Below, piece by piece: positions 12,430 to 24,400 of a DNA stretch of 64,000 nucleotides (within the stretch, counting starts at the first letter, position 1; each line of letters starts with the position of its first letter). The notes under the pieces were generated by a model, which ran no database searches, was not told the DNA's origin, and was given only the letters and a program-made list of their open reading frames with translations. The translations under genes were made by a program, and so were the position numbers. The DNA lies in assembly GCF_036971445.1 (NCBI RefSeq), contig NC_091470.1:185132001-185196000 (forward strand), read 5' to 3'. The DNA comes from Narcine bancroftii (lineage: Eukaryota).

Positions 12430-12960
12430 TGACCCATGAGAGGATGGATTCTTCTCAACATGCCTGGAATTTCATGAAGATTCTCCTTTGTCTCAAAACA
12501 GGAGAATCTTTTCACTGTGCACCCTCGCTCTGCCCACGTCGGTGACAGTGGCCAACCTTTTTAATTCCGCCCCCACTCCCATGTCTGTCCAGGGCCTCGT
12601 GTACTATCCCACCACGACCACCCATCATTGGAGGAGCTACACCTGACTTTCCGACTGGGCACCCTCCAACCAGATGGCATTAACATCGACCTCTGGTTTC
12701 TGCTAACCTCCTCTCCATTCTCCCTCCCCTCCATCTCCATTCACGGACTCATCCCTCCCCTCCTGCTTGCTGGTGTAACCTCCCTCTCATCCACCTATTA
12801 CCTCTTGTATGAGGGACTATGCTCCTCCTTCTACCCACAACAACCCCCTCCCCCCTCCAATTTTGTTCAATTGGCTCCAAACATTCTGTTCATAACTTGA
12901 GAAGGGCTCAAGCGTGAAATGTGGGTTATGTAATATCTTTGCTACTTAAAGAATGTTGTC
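12430..12960 (+). mobile_element. Penelope-like element fragment (GIY-YIG C-terminus and tail)
   Basis: LEELHLTFRLGTLQPDGINID, typical of the PLE endonuclease end; tail tgagaagggctcaagcgtgaaa. Confidence 0.65.
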
Positions 12961-14169
12961 GTCGTCGTCGTCCCCCCCCCCCCCCATTGTGTGTTTATTT
13001 CCTGATTTTTCTCTTCAGAAAACCTCTATTCTCTTGGGATAATCCCACCTGACACCTTTGACCTGACCAGAACCTGAATGTCCCTCATCAGCCTTGGACT
13101 CTCAGGAAGATTCTGGTTCTGAATTCTCTCCACCTCAGATGGGATGTGACTCATTCAGTGTTTCTTCGGGTTCACTGTGACCTCACTGCTCTCTTACTCT
13201 GTGCCTTGACCTGGAATCCTCGGCGTTACTACCGCTCAACTGCCCTGATGTGCAGGATGAGTGCATATACACCCAGTTCTCCCTGTCCTGCACTCCCTTG
13301 CAGCCTGGATTGTTTCCCCTTCAAGAATGGAAACAAAGTTCAGAGTGCAAACAGTTAATGTTTCATTGCGAAGACCCTTCCTCAGAAATAGGGGTGGGGG
13401 TGTGTGATGTTGTGATGGAGTGGTCTGGGTGGTCAGTTCAGACACACCTGGTTAATGGTCTCTGCTTGGTTCTGCTGAAGTGTTTCACTTCACAGCAGTC
13501 TGTCCAGACCTCTCCGGCAAGTCTGACGTTCCCCTGTCCTCTGAACGTTTGCTGCTTCTCTACCATTCACCCTAAACCTGGGAAATTACCCCTCCACAGA
13601 TGGGTCACACTCACTGACAGGCAAGGAGGGGCTGTGATGCCAGGACTGGGTCCTGGTGCACCGTTTCCAGCTGACTGATCACTTCCCCCACTGACTGAGA
13701 TCTGGCACTCCATGTCCAGCTGTACTGACCCCTCCCATATTGAACAGTGTCTGGCACTGAACACTGAACAGTCCTGCCAGACTGACCCTCTCCCCATAGA
13801 CCAGGATCCGGCACCCACGTCCACCGGACTAACCACTCCTCCCCACTGACCGGGATCTGGCTTCTTATGTCCAGCCAGACTGATCCCCACAACTGACTGG
13901 GGTCCAGCAACCTGTGTCCAGCATCTAACCTCTCACCCCTGTCACAGACCAGGGTCCAGATCCCCATGTCCAGCCGGACTGTCCTCAGCCCTACTGACCG
14001 GAACCTCAGTTGACCCCTCACCCACCTGCAGAGACCCCCCTCACACAGGAGGGTCAGCAGCAGCAGCAGCTCCATGATGTCACGCCACGATGTTGCAGCG
14101 AACTGGTCTGGACTGTCGATTGAACCAGTTTATCCCCAGGCAGAATGGTGGTGGGACTATGTCGTATCT

Positions 14170-14350
14170 CTATCCAATCATAATCCGAGCCATTTCGGCG
14201 TCATTGGTCACTAGGCAGAGGAACTCTGAAGAATTCGCACTTTCTCCAAATTTTGGCTCTACGTCTATCTGTCCAATCAGAATTCCGATTCTAAATGCGT
14301 CATCAGTTGCCGAGAGGGTTTGCAACGAGAAGTGAGATGCGGGACTTCCA
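14170..14350 (-). promoter_or_regulatory. MHC class I promoter: kB site, two X1/X2-Y modules, ISRE-like motif
   Basis: Minus strand: GGAAGTCCC (14341-14349); CTCTCGGCAACTGATGACGCA (14296-14316) + CTGATTGG (14273-14280); GGAGAAAGTGCGAA (14234-14247); CCTAGTGACCAATGACGC (14198-14215) + TGATTGG (14174-14180), ~100 bp upstream of the leader ATG. Confidence 0.75.
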
Positions 14351-14354
14351 GACA

Positions 14355-14550
14355 CGGAGCCGGGGTCAGAGACTGTGGGGAAGACCCCCGGATATGGAGC
14401 CGGGGTCAGAGACCCTTCGGGCAGAACCACGGACACGGAGCCGGGGTCAGAGTCCCTTGGGGCAGATCCCCGAATATGGAGCGGGGGGTCAGAGACCATG
14501 GGGCAGACCCCCGGATGGAGCCGGGGTCTGAGAACCTGGGGACTGATCCC
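14355..14550. repeat. ~42-bp tandem repeat (GGAGCCGGGGTCAGAGAC...GGGCAGACCCCCGGAT), ~5 copies
   Basis: Directly visible tandem units. Confidence 0.85.
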
Positions 14551-14714
14551 CCGACACAAAAAGAACATAATAACGCCTCATTCCGTTTGTATAATAACTT
14601 CTTTCCCCAGGACTTTGTCCGTCTATTTATTCATTTCAGCATTAACCCACGAGACTTTACCTGCCGCCTCACGAAAAGGAGAGAGATCGCAGTTGGGTCG
14701 CTTTACGATAATAT

Positions 14715-15170
14715 TTAAAATGAGGAAGTTGTAGATTCAAACCTCCAAGCCCATTTCTCCACAGAAATCCTTACTTTCCCATAAAAACTTGCGTAGAATT
14801 TTATTTCGAAAATCTTCTTAGATACGGCAATAGATTGAAATAAGTATTGAAGCACAGGAAAAATATTCATTTTAATACAATTTACTCGACCTATTAATGT
14901 AATTGGTAAATCAATCCACCTTTTTAAATCTGCTTCAATTTTCCGAAACAACGGCCCATAATTAATGTATCTCACCTAAATATTTTATACCTCCTTCAGG
15001 CCATTTACATTTTTGTTTTTTGTCGACACTGAGTGTAATCACCAAATGTCAACAGCATTTGATCCCAATTCACCTTCTTCCATATTGTTCTAATTGCAGC
15101 TGTAATTTACATAATGATCTTTACATTGCATATAAATGATTTGGATTAAGGAATAGATGGCTTTGTGGGC
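14715..15170 (-). mobile_element. Old L1 ORF2 fragment
   Basis: NYGPLFRKIEADLKRWIDLPITLIGRVNCIKMNIFPVLQYLFQ, homologous to ORF2 of the L1 at 27.3 kb. Confidence 0.8.
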
Positions 15171-15392
15171 TGTGTTGCAGGACTTTCCGCTTCAGGCGCA
15201 TTGGTGCCTGACCTGCACAGCACATGCAAAGGTGCCCTTGACAATTTAGTCCTGGACCACCCTCTGACGGCTGCAGACGCACAGAACTGGCAGGACTGGG
15301 TTCACAGCCTCTGAGTGTTACGCATGCGCCGGAATCAGTCCAATTGCAGGCCGGCAGCGCTGAGGGGAAAAACCGTTCCTTTTAAGGTATGT

Positions 15393-15541
15393 ATGCAAAT
15401 TAGAGAAGCGAAAGGAGAATTTTAAAAACCGCAACCTTTGAAAAAGAAATGAAAGGGAGATTCGAAAAGTAGGATTCTTTAGGTTCGGCTAGTGTAAACT
15501 TAGGTTTTTCAGCTAATGACTCGCAATGATGTTAAGGAGTG
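15393..15541 (+). promoter_or_regulatory. snRNA promoter: DSE octamer and PSE
   Basis: ATGCAAAT at 15393-15400 (about -190); PSE-like TCGCAATGATGTTAAGGAGTG at 15521-15541 (-61 to -41). Confidence 0.7.
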
Positions 15542-15581
15542 TGGATGGAGGTTGGGGATGTGAGCCTGAAGAAAATAAAAC

Positions 15582-15745
15582 ATACTTACCTGGCAGGGGA
15601 GAATCGGTGGTCATGATGGCCGATCTCCCAGGACGAGGCTATCCCATTGCACTTCGGGTGTGCTGACGCCTGCGATGTCCCCAAATGCGGGATACTCGAC
15701 TGCAAAATTTGTGGTAGTGGGGGACTGCGTTCGCGCTCTCCCCTG
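15582..15745 (+). ncRNA. RNU1: U1 spliceosomal snRNA gene (sequence variant)
   Basis: 164 nt, ATACTTACCTGGCAGGGGAGA start, U1A loop ATTGCAC, Sm site AATTTGTGG, terminal stem GGGGGACTGCGTTCGCGCTCTCCCCTG. Confidence 0.97.
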
Positions 15746-15752
15746 ATCCTTG

Positions 15753-15764
15753 GTGAAAGATAGA
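15753..15764 (+). terminator. snRNA 3' box
   Basis: GTGAAAGATAGA 8 nt downstream of the U1 end, resembling GTTYN0-3AAARYAGA. Confidence 0.6.
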
Positions 15765-17269
15765 TCTGTTTTTCGTTACTTTATAGTATTGCTGTAGAAT
15801 TCAAAGCTTCTGCTAATGCAGTGCTACTGCCTGGTCTATCTGGTTCTGCACCCACATAAGTTATCTGCATTCTACTTCCTAAACCATTTTCATTTAGTTT
15901 CTGTAAATATTTGTATGGCCCTATGCTTGGTGGATACAATGTATCTTGGAATGGAGAGAAACATGGAGGGAGAGTGGTTAGGGGAAGGGTGGAATGGAGA
16001 AAAGTGGGGGCTGGAGTGAGCGAGATAGAGGATGGAAAGGAGAAATGAGGGAAAGAGGAGTAAGGAATAGAAGAAAGAGGTGGGAGGGACATGTGAGATG
16101 AAGATGTGGAGGAATGGGAGTAACTGCTTCTTCCTCTCTCCCGCTCCCCCTTTCTCTCCTCCCTCTCTCACTCCCCTCCCACCCTCTCCCCTCCCTCCCT
16201 CACTCCCCTCCCACCCTCTCCCCTCCCTCCCTCATCTCTCACGCTCCCCATTCNNNNNNNNNNNNNNNNNNNNNNNNNNNNNNNNNNNNNNNNNNNNNNN
16301 NNNNNNNNNNNNNNNNNNNNNNNNNNNNNNNNNNNNNNNNNNNNNNNNNNNNNNNNNNNNNNNNNNNNNNNNNNNNNNNNNNNNNNNNNNNNNNNNNNNN
16401 NNNNNNNNNNNTCCCCCCCCTCCCTCCCTCTCCCCCCCTCCCTCCCTCTCCCCCCCCCTCCCTCCCTCTCCCCCCCCTCCCTCCCTCTCCCCCCCTCCCT
16501 CCCTCTCCCCCCCCTCCCTCCCTCTCCCCCCCCTCCCTCCCTCTCCCCCCCCTCCCTCCCTCTCCCCCCCCTCCCTCCCTNNNNNNNNNNNNNNNNNNNN
16601 NNNNNNNNNNNNNNNNNNNNNNNNNNNNNNNNNNNNNNNNNNNNNNNNNNNNNNNNNNNNNNNNNNNNNNNNNNNNNNNNNNNNNNNNNNNNNNNNNNNN
16701 NNNNNNNNNNNNNNNNNNNNNNNNNNNNNNNNNNNNNNNNNNNNNNNNNNNNNNNNNNNNNNNNNNNNNNNNNNNNNNNNNNNNNNNNNNNNNNNNNNNN
16801 NNNNNNNNNNNNNNNNNNNNNNNNNNNNNNNNNNNNNNNNNNNNNNNNNNNNNNNNNNNNNNNNNNNNNNNNNNNNNNNNNNNNNNNNNNNNNNNNNNNN
16901 NNNNNNNNNNNNNNNNNNNNNNNNNNNNNNNNNNNNNNNNNNNNNNNNNNNNNNNNNNNNNNNNNNNNNNNNNNNNNNNNNNNNNNNNNNNNNNNNNNNN
17001 NNNNNNNNNNNNNNNNNNNNNNNNNNNNNNNNNNNNNNNNNNNNNNNNNNNNNNNNNNNNNNNNNNNNNNNNNNNNNNNNNNNNNNNNNNNNNNNNNNNN
17101 NNNNNNNNNNNNNNNNNNNNNNNNNNNNNNNNNNNNNNNNNNNNNNNNNNNNNNNNNNNNNNNNNNNNNNNNNNNNNNNNNNNNNNNNNNNNNNNNNNNN
17201 NNNNNNNNNNNNNNNNNCCCCTCCCTCCCCCCCCCCTCCCTCCCTCTCTCTCCACCCCCCCCGTCTCCC

Positions 17270-17700
17270 CAATATGGAGTGGGAACTTCCAGTAGGCGGC
17301 TAGAGGCGGTAGGCGGGTGCTCGTTGGGGCGCCGCGCGAGCACGAGGCGGGAGTACGAACCCATAGAGCTGCGGTCGCGCGCGCCGCCGGCTCCCGGCGC
17401 GTTCCAGCCAGGTGACCAGCGCGCGCCGCGCTTGGGAGGCATCACTGGTGAGCGTGGCTTGTTTAGGATTCTGAGGCCAGGCCTGTTGCCACGGGTGATG
17501 CGGAGGTGCCGGGCCTGTTGCCGTGCCGGGGAAAGGGCGGGACCTGTTGTCATGGGTTTATCCCGTTGCCCTGGGCTCGGTTGAAGGGCGTTGGGGGCGG
17601 CCCGAAGTCAAAGGCAGGGCCCGCTCTCGTGGGCGGGACCTGTTGTCATGGCCGGGGCTTGAAGCGAGGGGGCGGGGTTAGGGGATGCGTCTGAGGGACG
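17270..17700 (+). promoter_or_regulatory. CpG island / likely promoter and non-coding first exon of MS4A-like gene A
   Basis: Very CpG-rich, GC boxes, candidate donor ccag|gtgacc at ~17411, ~1 kb upstream of the first coding exon. Confidence 0.55.
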
Positions 17701-17769
17701 TGATTGGGTCCTGGGGAAGAGCCAGAGCTTGATCGTCAGGAAGGAGGGGCTACTTGGAAGGGTGGGGAG

Positions 17770-18135
17770 TCATGTTGGGGGATGAGGGGTAAAGGGAAGG
17801 GGTGGGGGATGAGGGGTAAAGGGAAGGGGTGGGGGATGAGGGGTAAAGGGAAGGGGTGGGGGTGAGCGGTAAAGGAGTGGGGGATGATGGGTAAAGGGAA
17901 GGGGTGAGGGATGAGGGTAGGGACGGTGGGGAAGGGAAGGGGGATGAGGCTGGGGAAGGGGTGGGGGGATGAGGCTGGGGAAGGGGTGGGGGGATGAGGC
18001 TGGGGAAGGGGTGGGGGGATGAGGCTGGGGAAGGGGTGGGGGATGAGGCTGGGGAAGGGGTGGGGGATGAGGCTGGGGAAGGGGTGGGGGATGAGGCTGG
18101 GGAAGGGGTGGGGGATGAGGCTGGGGAAGGGGGAG
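17770..18135. repeat. 24-25 bp G-rich tandem repeat (GGGGATGAGGCTGGGGAAGGGGTG)n
   Basis: Directly visible tandem array. Confidence 0.9.
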
Positions 18136-18436
18136 GCTGGGGAAGGGGGAAGGAAAGGGGGATTGTGGAACAGGGAGATGAGGGTGGGGAAGGAGTGAGG
18201 GGAAGGGTGATGGGAAGAAGGTGGTGAAGGGGTTGAGGGGGAGGGGAATGGGATATGGGGAAGTGTGTGAGGGAGGGGAAGGGGATATAGGGGAAGGGGG
18301 TGAGGAGGAAAGGGAGAGAGAAAAGAGGAAATACAGAGAATGTCAGGGGGCAGAGGTGAAGCTCATCCACCAAAGGTCACTGATTCTCTCACCCCTCCAC
18401 CACTGGCAGGTCAGGAACACAGGGAATAGCTGTTTC

Positions 18437-21400
18437 ATGGACACGGAGAGGGAAAGACGGAGTGCAGTCCTGGCCCAGCGACCCCGTCAGGTCCTTGGAG
18501 CAAAGGACGGGTTCGTCCAACGTCAGGTCAAGGTCGTGGGGGTGGGTACCTCATACCACGAGGTCACTCTGTCCCTCGGCACTCCCTGCTGTTCACAGTG
18601 CACATCCCACCTTCGCACCCTGAGTTCCCTCTGTGAGAAACAGAAGTACCTTCACAGAATTTGCTTGAGACAAAAATTGAGAACAAAGAACATTTATTAT
18701 ACAACAATGCAAAGTTGGGTGCTTCCCCTTACCCTGGGAATACACACACATACTGGGGCTCACCCAACTTTTATACTTCATTTCAGTGGAGAGGTACCCT
18801 CCTCCCCCCCCCCCCCCCAATCATTCTTCTGCCTCCTGAATAAGTTTGGCATTAGGCAATCCTGTCTGCCTACATGCTGTTTCTGTGAACTTGGAGGACC
18901 AGGGAGTATCCTGTTTGTGTCCCATCATGTCATTATCCTTATTGTCCTTATTCACAAACCTGCCTTTGTCCTTATTCACACGTTCCCAACCCTCAGGGCT
19001 TACTAACTCTTATATGCAGAACTTGCTAATTCTGTCTTTGTCTTCCTACATTCTATTATCTACCCTTATATCCTATTCAGACTGGCTTTATTCATTACAC
19101 ATATATCCATACTAGCTTTCTTCATCTCTCATATTTTCATATTAGTTTTACTCATCTCTCACAATCCTCACTTTTCTTTTAGCTACGCTTCGTGAATTCT
19201 CAACTGCAATGTATTACTTGTAAACTTGGTCTTTTTCCCAGCGAGTCAGTAAACGAACTGCAGTCTCAGCATCATCAGACAGAATTTGGGAAACATACAT
19301 CCTTTGGGTTATAGTGATCTGACGAGGGGACTGTTGAATTAAATACTGCACACAAGTCTTTAGGCAGGGGAGCACCATAATGGCCAGAATAGCGAGTCCA
19401 ACTGCTATAAGGGCTGTGGGTATCAGACTCCAGTTACCCAATAAAAAGTCTAGTCCAACCCACACCGGACCAAGGTTGCCAAGTCTGAACCTGGGCATGG
19501 GAAGATTTTCGAACTCCTGAAGAAGTGTCTTTAACCGCCTGACCGTTGTGAGCATTGTCATTAACCAGTCTTTCACAAACGCTGCCTTCAGCAGCCAACG
19601 AGTAATCGAGAGCCAGGCAGTTTTGTTGAACTGTGGCTCGTATCTGTCGTCTTTCTTCAGCCCATAAATTCAGGGCCATCACTGTCTGTTCGGTGATGAT
19701 TGCCAAGGCTGGAGTCTGATTAAACGATTTAAATGCCAAGCAGCTGTGTGTTCTGGAGCAGCTTATGTCGTTTACAACTGGAACTCCCCTTACAGTGGTG
19801 GTTCTTAACATTCCGAATGTCTGTGTGACCCAAAGGATGATTTACAGGAGACCAAGTTGGGGAGGGGTGTTTCTTGTCACTTAACCTGTGAGTTGCAACT
19901 TGTCTGCGAACATTAGCATAAGTATCACTGAACCTGTGAGTTGCAGCCTGTCTGTGAACATTAGCATATGTATTCACTCTATCTCTGCTACATGTACAAT
20001 CCTGACTAACATTCTGTCTGTCATTGTCCCACCATCTTCTTTGTGCTATCTCTTTAAAACTCCTCTTTTTAATATCTGTAGAGGCCGGAATACAAACGAA
20101 GTCTACTCCCCGAGGGCCATTCCGTTCCCCTGGTCCATGTTGGGATCCTAAATTAACCCATATTAAATAAGGTACCCCACTATGACTATACTCTATACCT
20201 GTGCCCTGTCTGCATTCTAAAGGTAAATAATTGTCACCTCTGCTGCCCCTATTCCAGGAGGACTTAATACATTGTGAGCAATTTGGTGATTTCCCAAAAA
20301 TTGGGAACCAACAATTAAACAAAACAGCAAATGGTAAAAACAACATTACAGCACTTTTTCCCGATGTAGTGTAACTTTCAGATCAGAAGGATGAAGGACT
20401 GCACGCCAGGTGGAGGATAGATTATCAATCTTTAGTCCGTGGATCAGCAGCTTGTTTAATTAATTCTATGTGAATCCACCCCTTTTCTTTCGTTCGCACT
20501 GCAGTGTATGTAATCAAAAGTACACAATAGGGTCCGTCCCAGACAGGTTTTAGTTGGTGATCTTGCCATGCTTTTACATATACCCAATCACCAGATTTAA
20601 TAAAATGAATAGGATGCTCCAGGGGTGGGTTTTGAGCTAATAAACCCTTCCGTTTTAATTCGTATAGAGAGGCAGAAAGTCCCTTTAAATATTTGGATAT
20701 GTACTGGTCGTTCGCCTCAGGGGTAGGGGTATTAAAAGGTGACATCCAAGGTTCGAGTGTACCATCTTTCACCAACTGATCAATTACTGGCTGCAGCCCC
20801 TTTGTGCCAGCCATCAGAATTGGATACTGCTTTCGTCTAATTACTTGCTCAGGATCTTTTAAAGTAACTTGCAGGGGAGGAATATCTAACACTCCTCTAT
20901 TGCTTCTTTTTGCCCATACTCCAGGATTTATTAGTTCCCGATCCTCCTCGGTTAATACATACAATTGAACCCCGATACCTGATTCCTGTGGTCTGGTGCC
21001 GATAGCCAATTGGTCCTGTAAATCTCGTCCTAACAAACAAACTCCAGCTTGGGGAACTAGTAGAATGTCCTCCGTTACTATCTTCTCTCCCATTTATATT
21101 CTTACATCCCTTAATACAGGGACCGTAAAATCTCTTCCTCCTACTCCCGAAATCATCACTGTCCCCTCTATCTTAACACCCTCGGGTGGTTGTAAAATAC
21201 TAGACCGGGCTGCCCCAGAATCTACTAAAAAGGTCATCTTGTCACTGTGGGGTTCTATGCATAAATTTACCAATGGTTCTCTGTGCAGCCCCAAGGTGTG
21301 TATTGAATGAGAACCGTGACCCCCCCCCCCATTTATAATCTGCTTCCATCAGTGCGTAAGATCGCGTCTCCCTGGCTCGCATTGGGCATTCTCTCTTAAA

Positions 21401-24400
21401 ATGTCCCTCCTTTTTACCATGGTAGCAAACTAATGCTCCTGTTTCCCAATTCCTACTGGGATTGCCACGAGGTCCCGGGAACGGTCGTCATCCCCGGAAT
21501 TCCCCTCTACCCTTGCCCCTGCTCTGGTCTCTACTCTCCCACTCCCGGAGTTCCTCCCAATGTCCAGGAGCTGGCACACAGCCCCTACCCTTTCCTTGCT
21601 GTCCCTCCACGACTTCTTTTACTGCCTGCATCAAAATCTTAGCCTTTCCTTTCTGTCTATTGGGCATTCACTCTTAAAATTACGCACCTCTGTACTAGTC
21701 AGAGGCACATTTACGAAACCGAGACCCCCTCCCATGGGAACTTCCCATAAAGATCTCATCCAGTTAATTTCTGGCTTATCCTCTCCTTTATAATGTCTAG
21801 ATTCTTGCTCTCTGAGAAATGAATCAAAGGGTTCTGCCCTTCCCTCCCAGAGGGTCTCACACTGTTTTGAATCAAAGTCTCCTCCCTCTCTTGTCAATTG
21901 AGGTGGTAATCTAGTACTTTGTGAACGGGTCATCATACCACCCCTACTTTCTTCTCCTTTCTTTAGCTGTGGGGGAGGAGGGAAAGGTGAAGAAGGGTAG
22001 AGCATAGGAAAGAGGGGAAAGATAAGAGCTGGCATAGGAGGAGCATAAAGTGGAGGAAGGGAATGTAACACATCCCATCCTTGTGTTTCAGGGACAAAAG
22101 GTTCCTCATCCTTCTTGTCCTTACATTCCTTTTCATTCAAAACCAGTTGATCAACCGATCCACTGAGCCAGCAGGCTAGGCTGCATATTCTCTGCTCTCA
22201 ATATTATCTCTGATTTTGATAGAGCCAGATGTTCAATGCCTGACACATCCAGTCCTCATCAGATCCGAACTTTGGCCAATATACCGAATTCCCTTTTATT
22301 GGGTTTTTAACCCATTCCAGACAGCAATACCTGACCATGGTCTGTTTGTCTTTCCCGCGGGTTCCTCCCGCACCCCAATCAGATAGCATTAATCCTAACG
22401 GACTTTGCTTCGTTATTTGATCGTCCCATCCTTCCTTAGGACTATCTCCCATGCTACTCACACCTCCCATACTAACAAGTAAGTAAAATTCCTCTTACCA
22501 GGATCCAGTAGCTATTCCTAGTGCACTTCCTTAACGTCCTCCCGTTGTTTGTTCTCAATGCCTCTTCTCGGCTATCACTCACTTCATCCACTGATCAGTC
22601 ACCCATCGTCCATGAGTCCAGCTGAATCAGCTGGGGTGCACCTACCCTCGTCGTCGGGCACTCTGTCAGTGGAGGGAGTGGGATCCCGGACGAGCCCCCA
22701 TTTGTGAGAAACAGAAGTACCTTCACAGAATTTGCTCGAGACAAAAATTGAGATCAAAGCACATTTATTATACAACAATGCAAAGTTAGGTGCTTCCCCT
22801 TACCCTGGGAATACACACACATACTGGGGCTCACCCAACTTTTATACAGTTCATTTCAGTGTAGAGGTACCCTCCCCCCCACTAACATTCTTCTGCCTCC
22901 TGGATAAGTTTGGCATGGAGGAGTCACGTGATGGAGTAGTGGCCGGACGGTGAACTCCAGCCCTCTCCAGAAAAGTCGGGAAAAACAAGAGAAAATACAA
23001 AGGCACAGAAATAAAAGTTAAAGAAAAGTGAGTATAAAGGTGGAAAGAAGATGGCGACAAAAAAAGAAAAATCAAAATCAACGGTAAGAAGAGAGGAAGA
23101 GAAGACAACGGAGGAAGAAAGAGAAGGCTTTACCTGTCCGAAGAGGCCCGATGTGGAGAGAGAAGCCCGCTTCCTCAGGTCGGTAGAAATAGGACTACAA
23201 AAATGGCTCGCAGAGCCGAGTAAAAGTGCGCAACCGTGCATGCGCGAGGAGTCGCGCATGGGCGATGCGCATGAAAAAAAACACACTGACGGGAGGGGGG
23301 AGTCGATCTCCACAGCCGGCAACGACAGCTGCAGAACACCTGCAGCAAGAAGAGACCACAGAAGACAATGGAAACAAGAAAGAAGAGAAGAAAAGGGCAA
23401 CAAAGAAACAACAGATGGCCAACCCAGAGGAAGAAGAGGAAGAGTACAGTGAAATAGAAGAAGAAAAGAAAGGCAAGGTAAAGGATATACTTTCTCTTGT
23501 TAGAGGATACATGGAGTCATTTAAAGAATGGCAAACCAGGAATTTAATGATTTAAGAAGAAGAATAAACAACACAGAAGAGAAAGTGAATAAAATAGATA
23601 TGACCTTAACAGAAATGGGAAAGAAAATGGACAAGATGGAAGAGCGGGCAGTAGCAGCAGAAATGGAGGTAGAAGACTTAAAAAAGAAATTGGAGAAATC
23701 TAATAAAAAAACTAAAGAGACACAAGAACTACTAGCTCAAAAAATAGATACAATGGAAAATTTTAACAGAAGAAATAACATAAGATAGTGGGCCTTAAGG
23801 AAGATGAAGAAGGCAAGAATATGAGGGAGTTTATAAAAGAGTGGATCCCTAAGACCCTAGGATGTCCAGAACTACAGCAAGAAATGGAAATAGAAAGGGC
23901 ACATAGAGCATTGGCCTCTAAACCACAACCACAACAAAAACCAAGATCTATTTTAGTAAAATTCCTAAGATATACTACAAGAGAAAAGGTACTGGAGAAG
24001 ACAATGGAAAAAGTAAGAGAGGGCAACAAACCACTGAAGTATAAAGGGCAAAGAATCTTCATTTATCCAGATATAAGTTTTGAACTCCTAAAGAAGAGAA
24101 AAGAGTTCAATACAGCAAAGGCGATTTTATGGAAGAAAGGGTATAAATTTATACTAAAGCATCCAGCGGTATTGAAAATATTTATTCCAGGACAACAAAA
24201 CAGACTATTCTCGGATCCAGAAGAAGCACGAAAATTTGCAGAACAATTACAAAAATAGACTGAGGGATGAAGACGGGTAATGAGAGTAAAAATGATCACG
24301 ATTGATATGTATGTGGGTAAAGACAAAAATAGACTGAGGGATGAAGACGGGTAATGAGAGTAAAAATGATCACGATTGATATGTATGCGGGTAAAGACAA

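Larger units (their letters stand above)
11101..14075 (-). pseudogene. MHC class I heavy-chain pseudogene (leader exon 14026-14075, alpha-2 exon 11101-11368; alpha-1 and alpha-3 not found)
   Basis: Alpha-2: GVH(T)YLRLTGCELQDDGSTIGFARYGWDGEDFIRFNKESLV*ETSVPRGQETKH/WDQLEKMEYTEWRNYLEVECIKKKYVQIGER*LKP, with both disulfide Cys, ag acceptor and gtgagt donor, two stops and two frameshifts. Leader MELLLLLTLLCEG(V)SA|gtgggt has a +1 frameshift. Confidence 0.85.

Noticed and set aside
11369-14025. Search for the MHC I alpha-1 exon (and alpha-3 below 11100)
   Set aside because: No HSLRYF/GYVD/YDS or Ig-C1 motifs found; deleted, too decayed, or (for alpha-3) hidden in the 10735-10934 gap.
16080-17553. 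Long ORFs spanning N gaps (also 10650-10973 and 29473-29869)
   Set aside because: Length comes from Ns and CT-rich low complexity.
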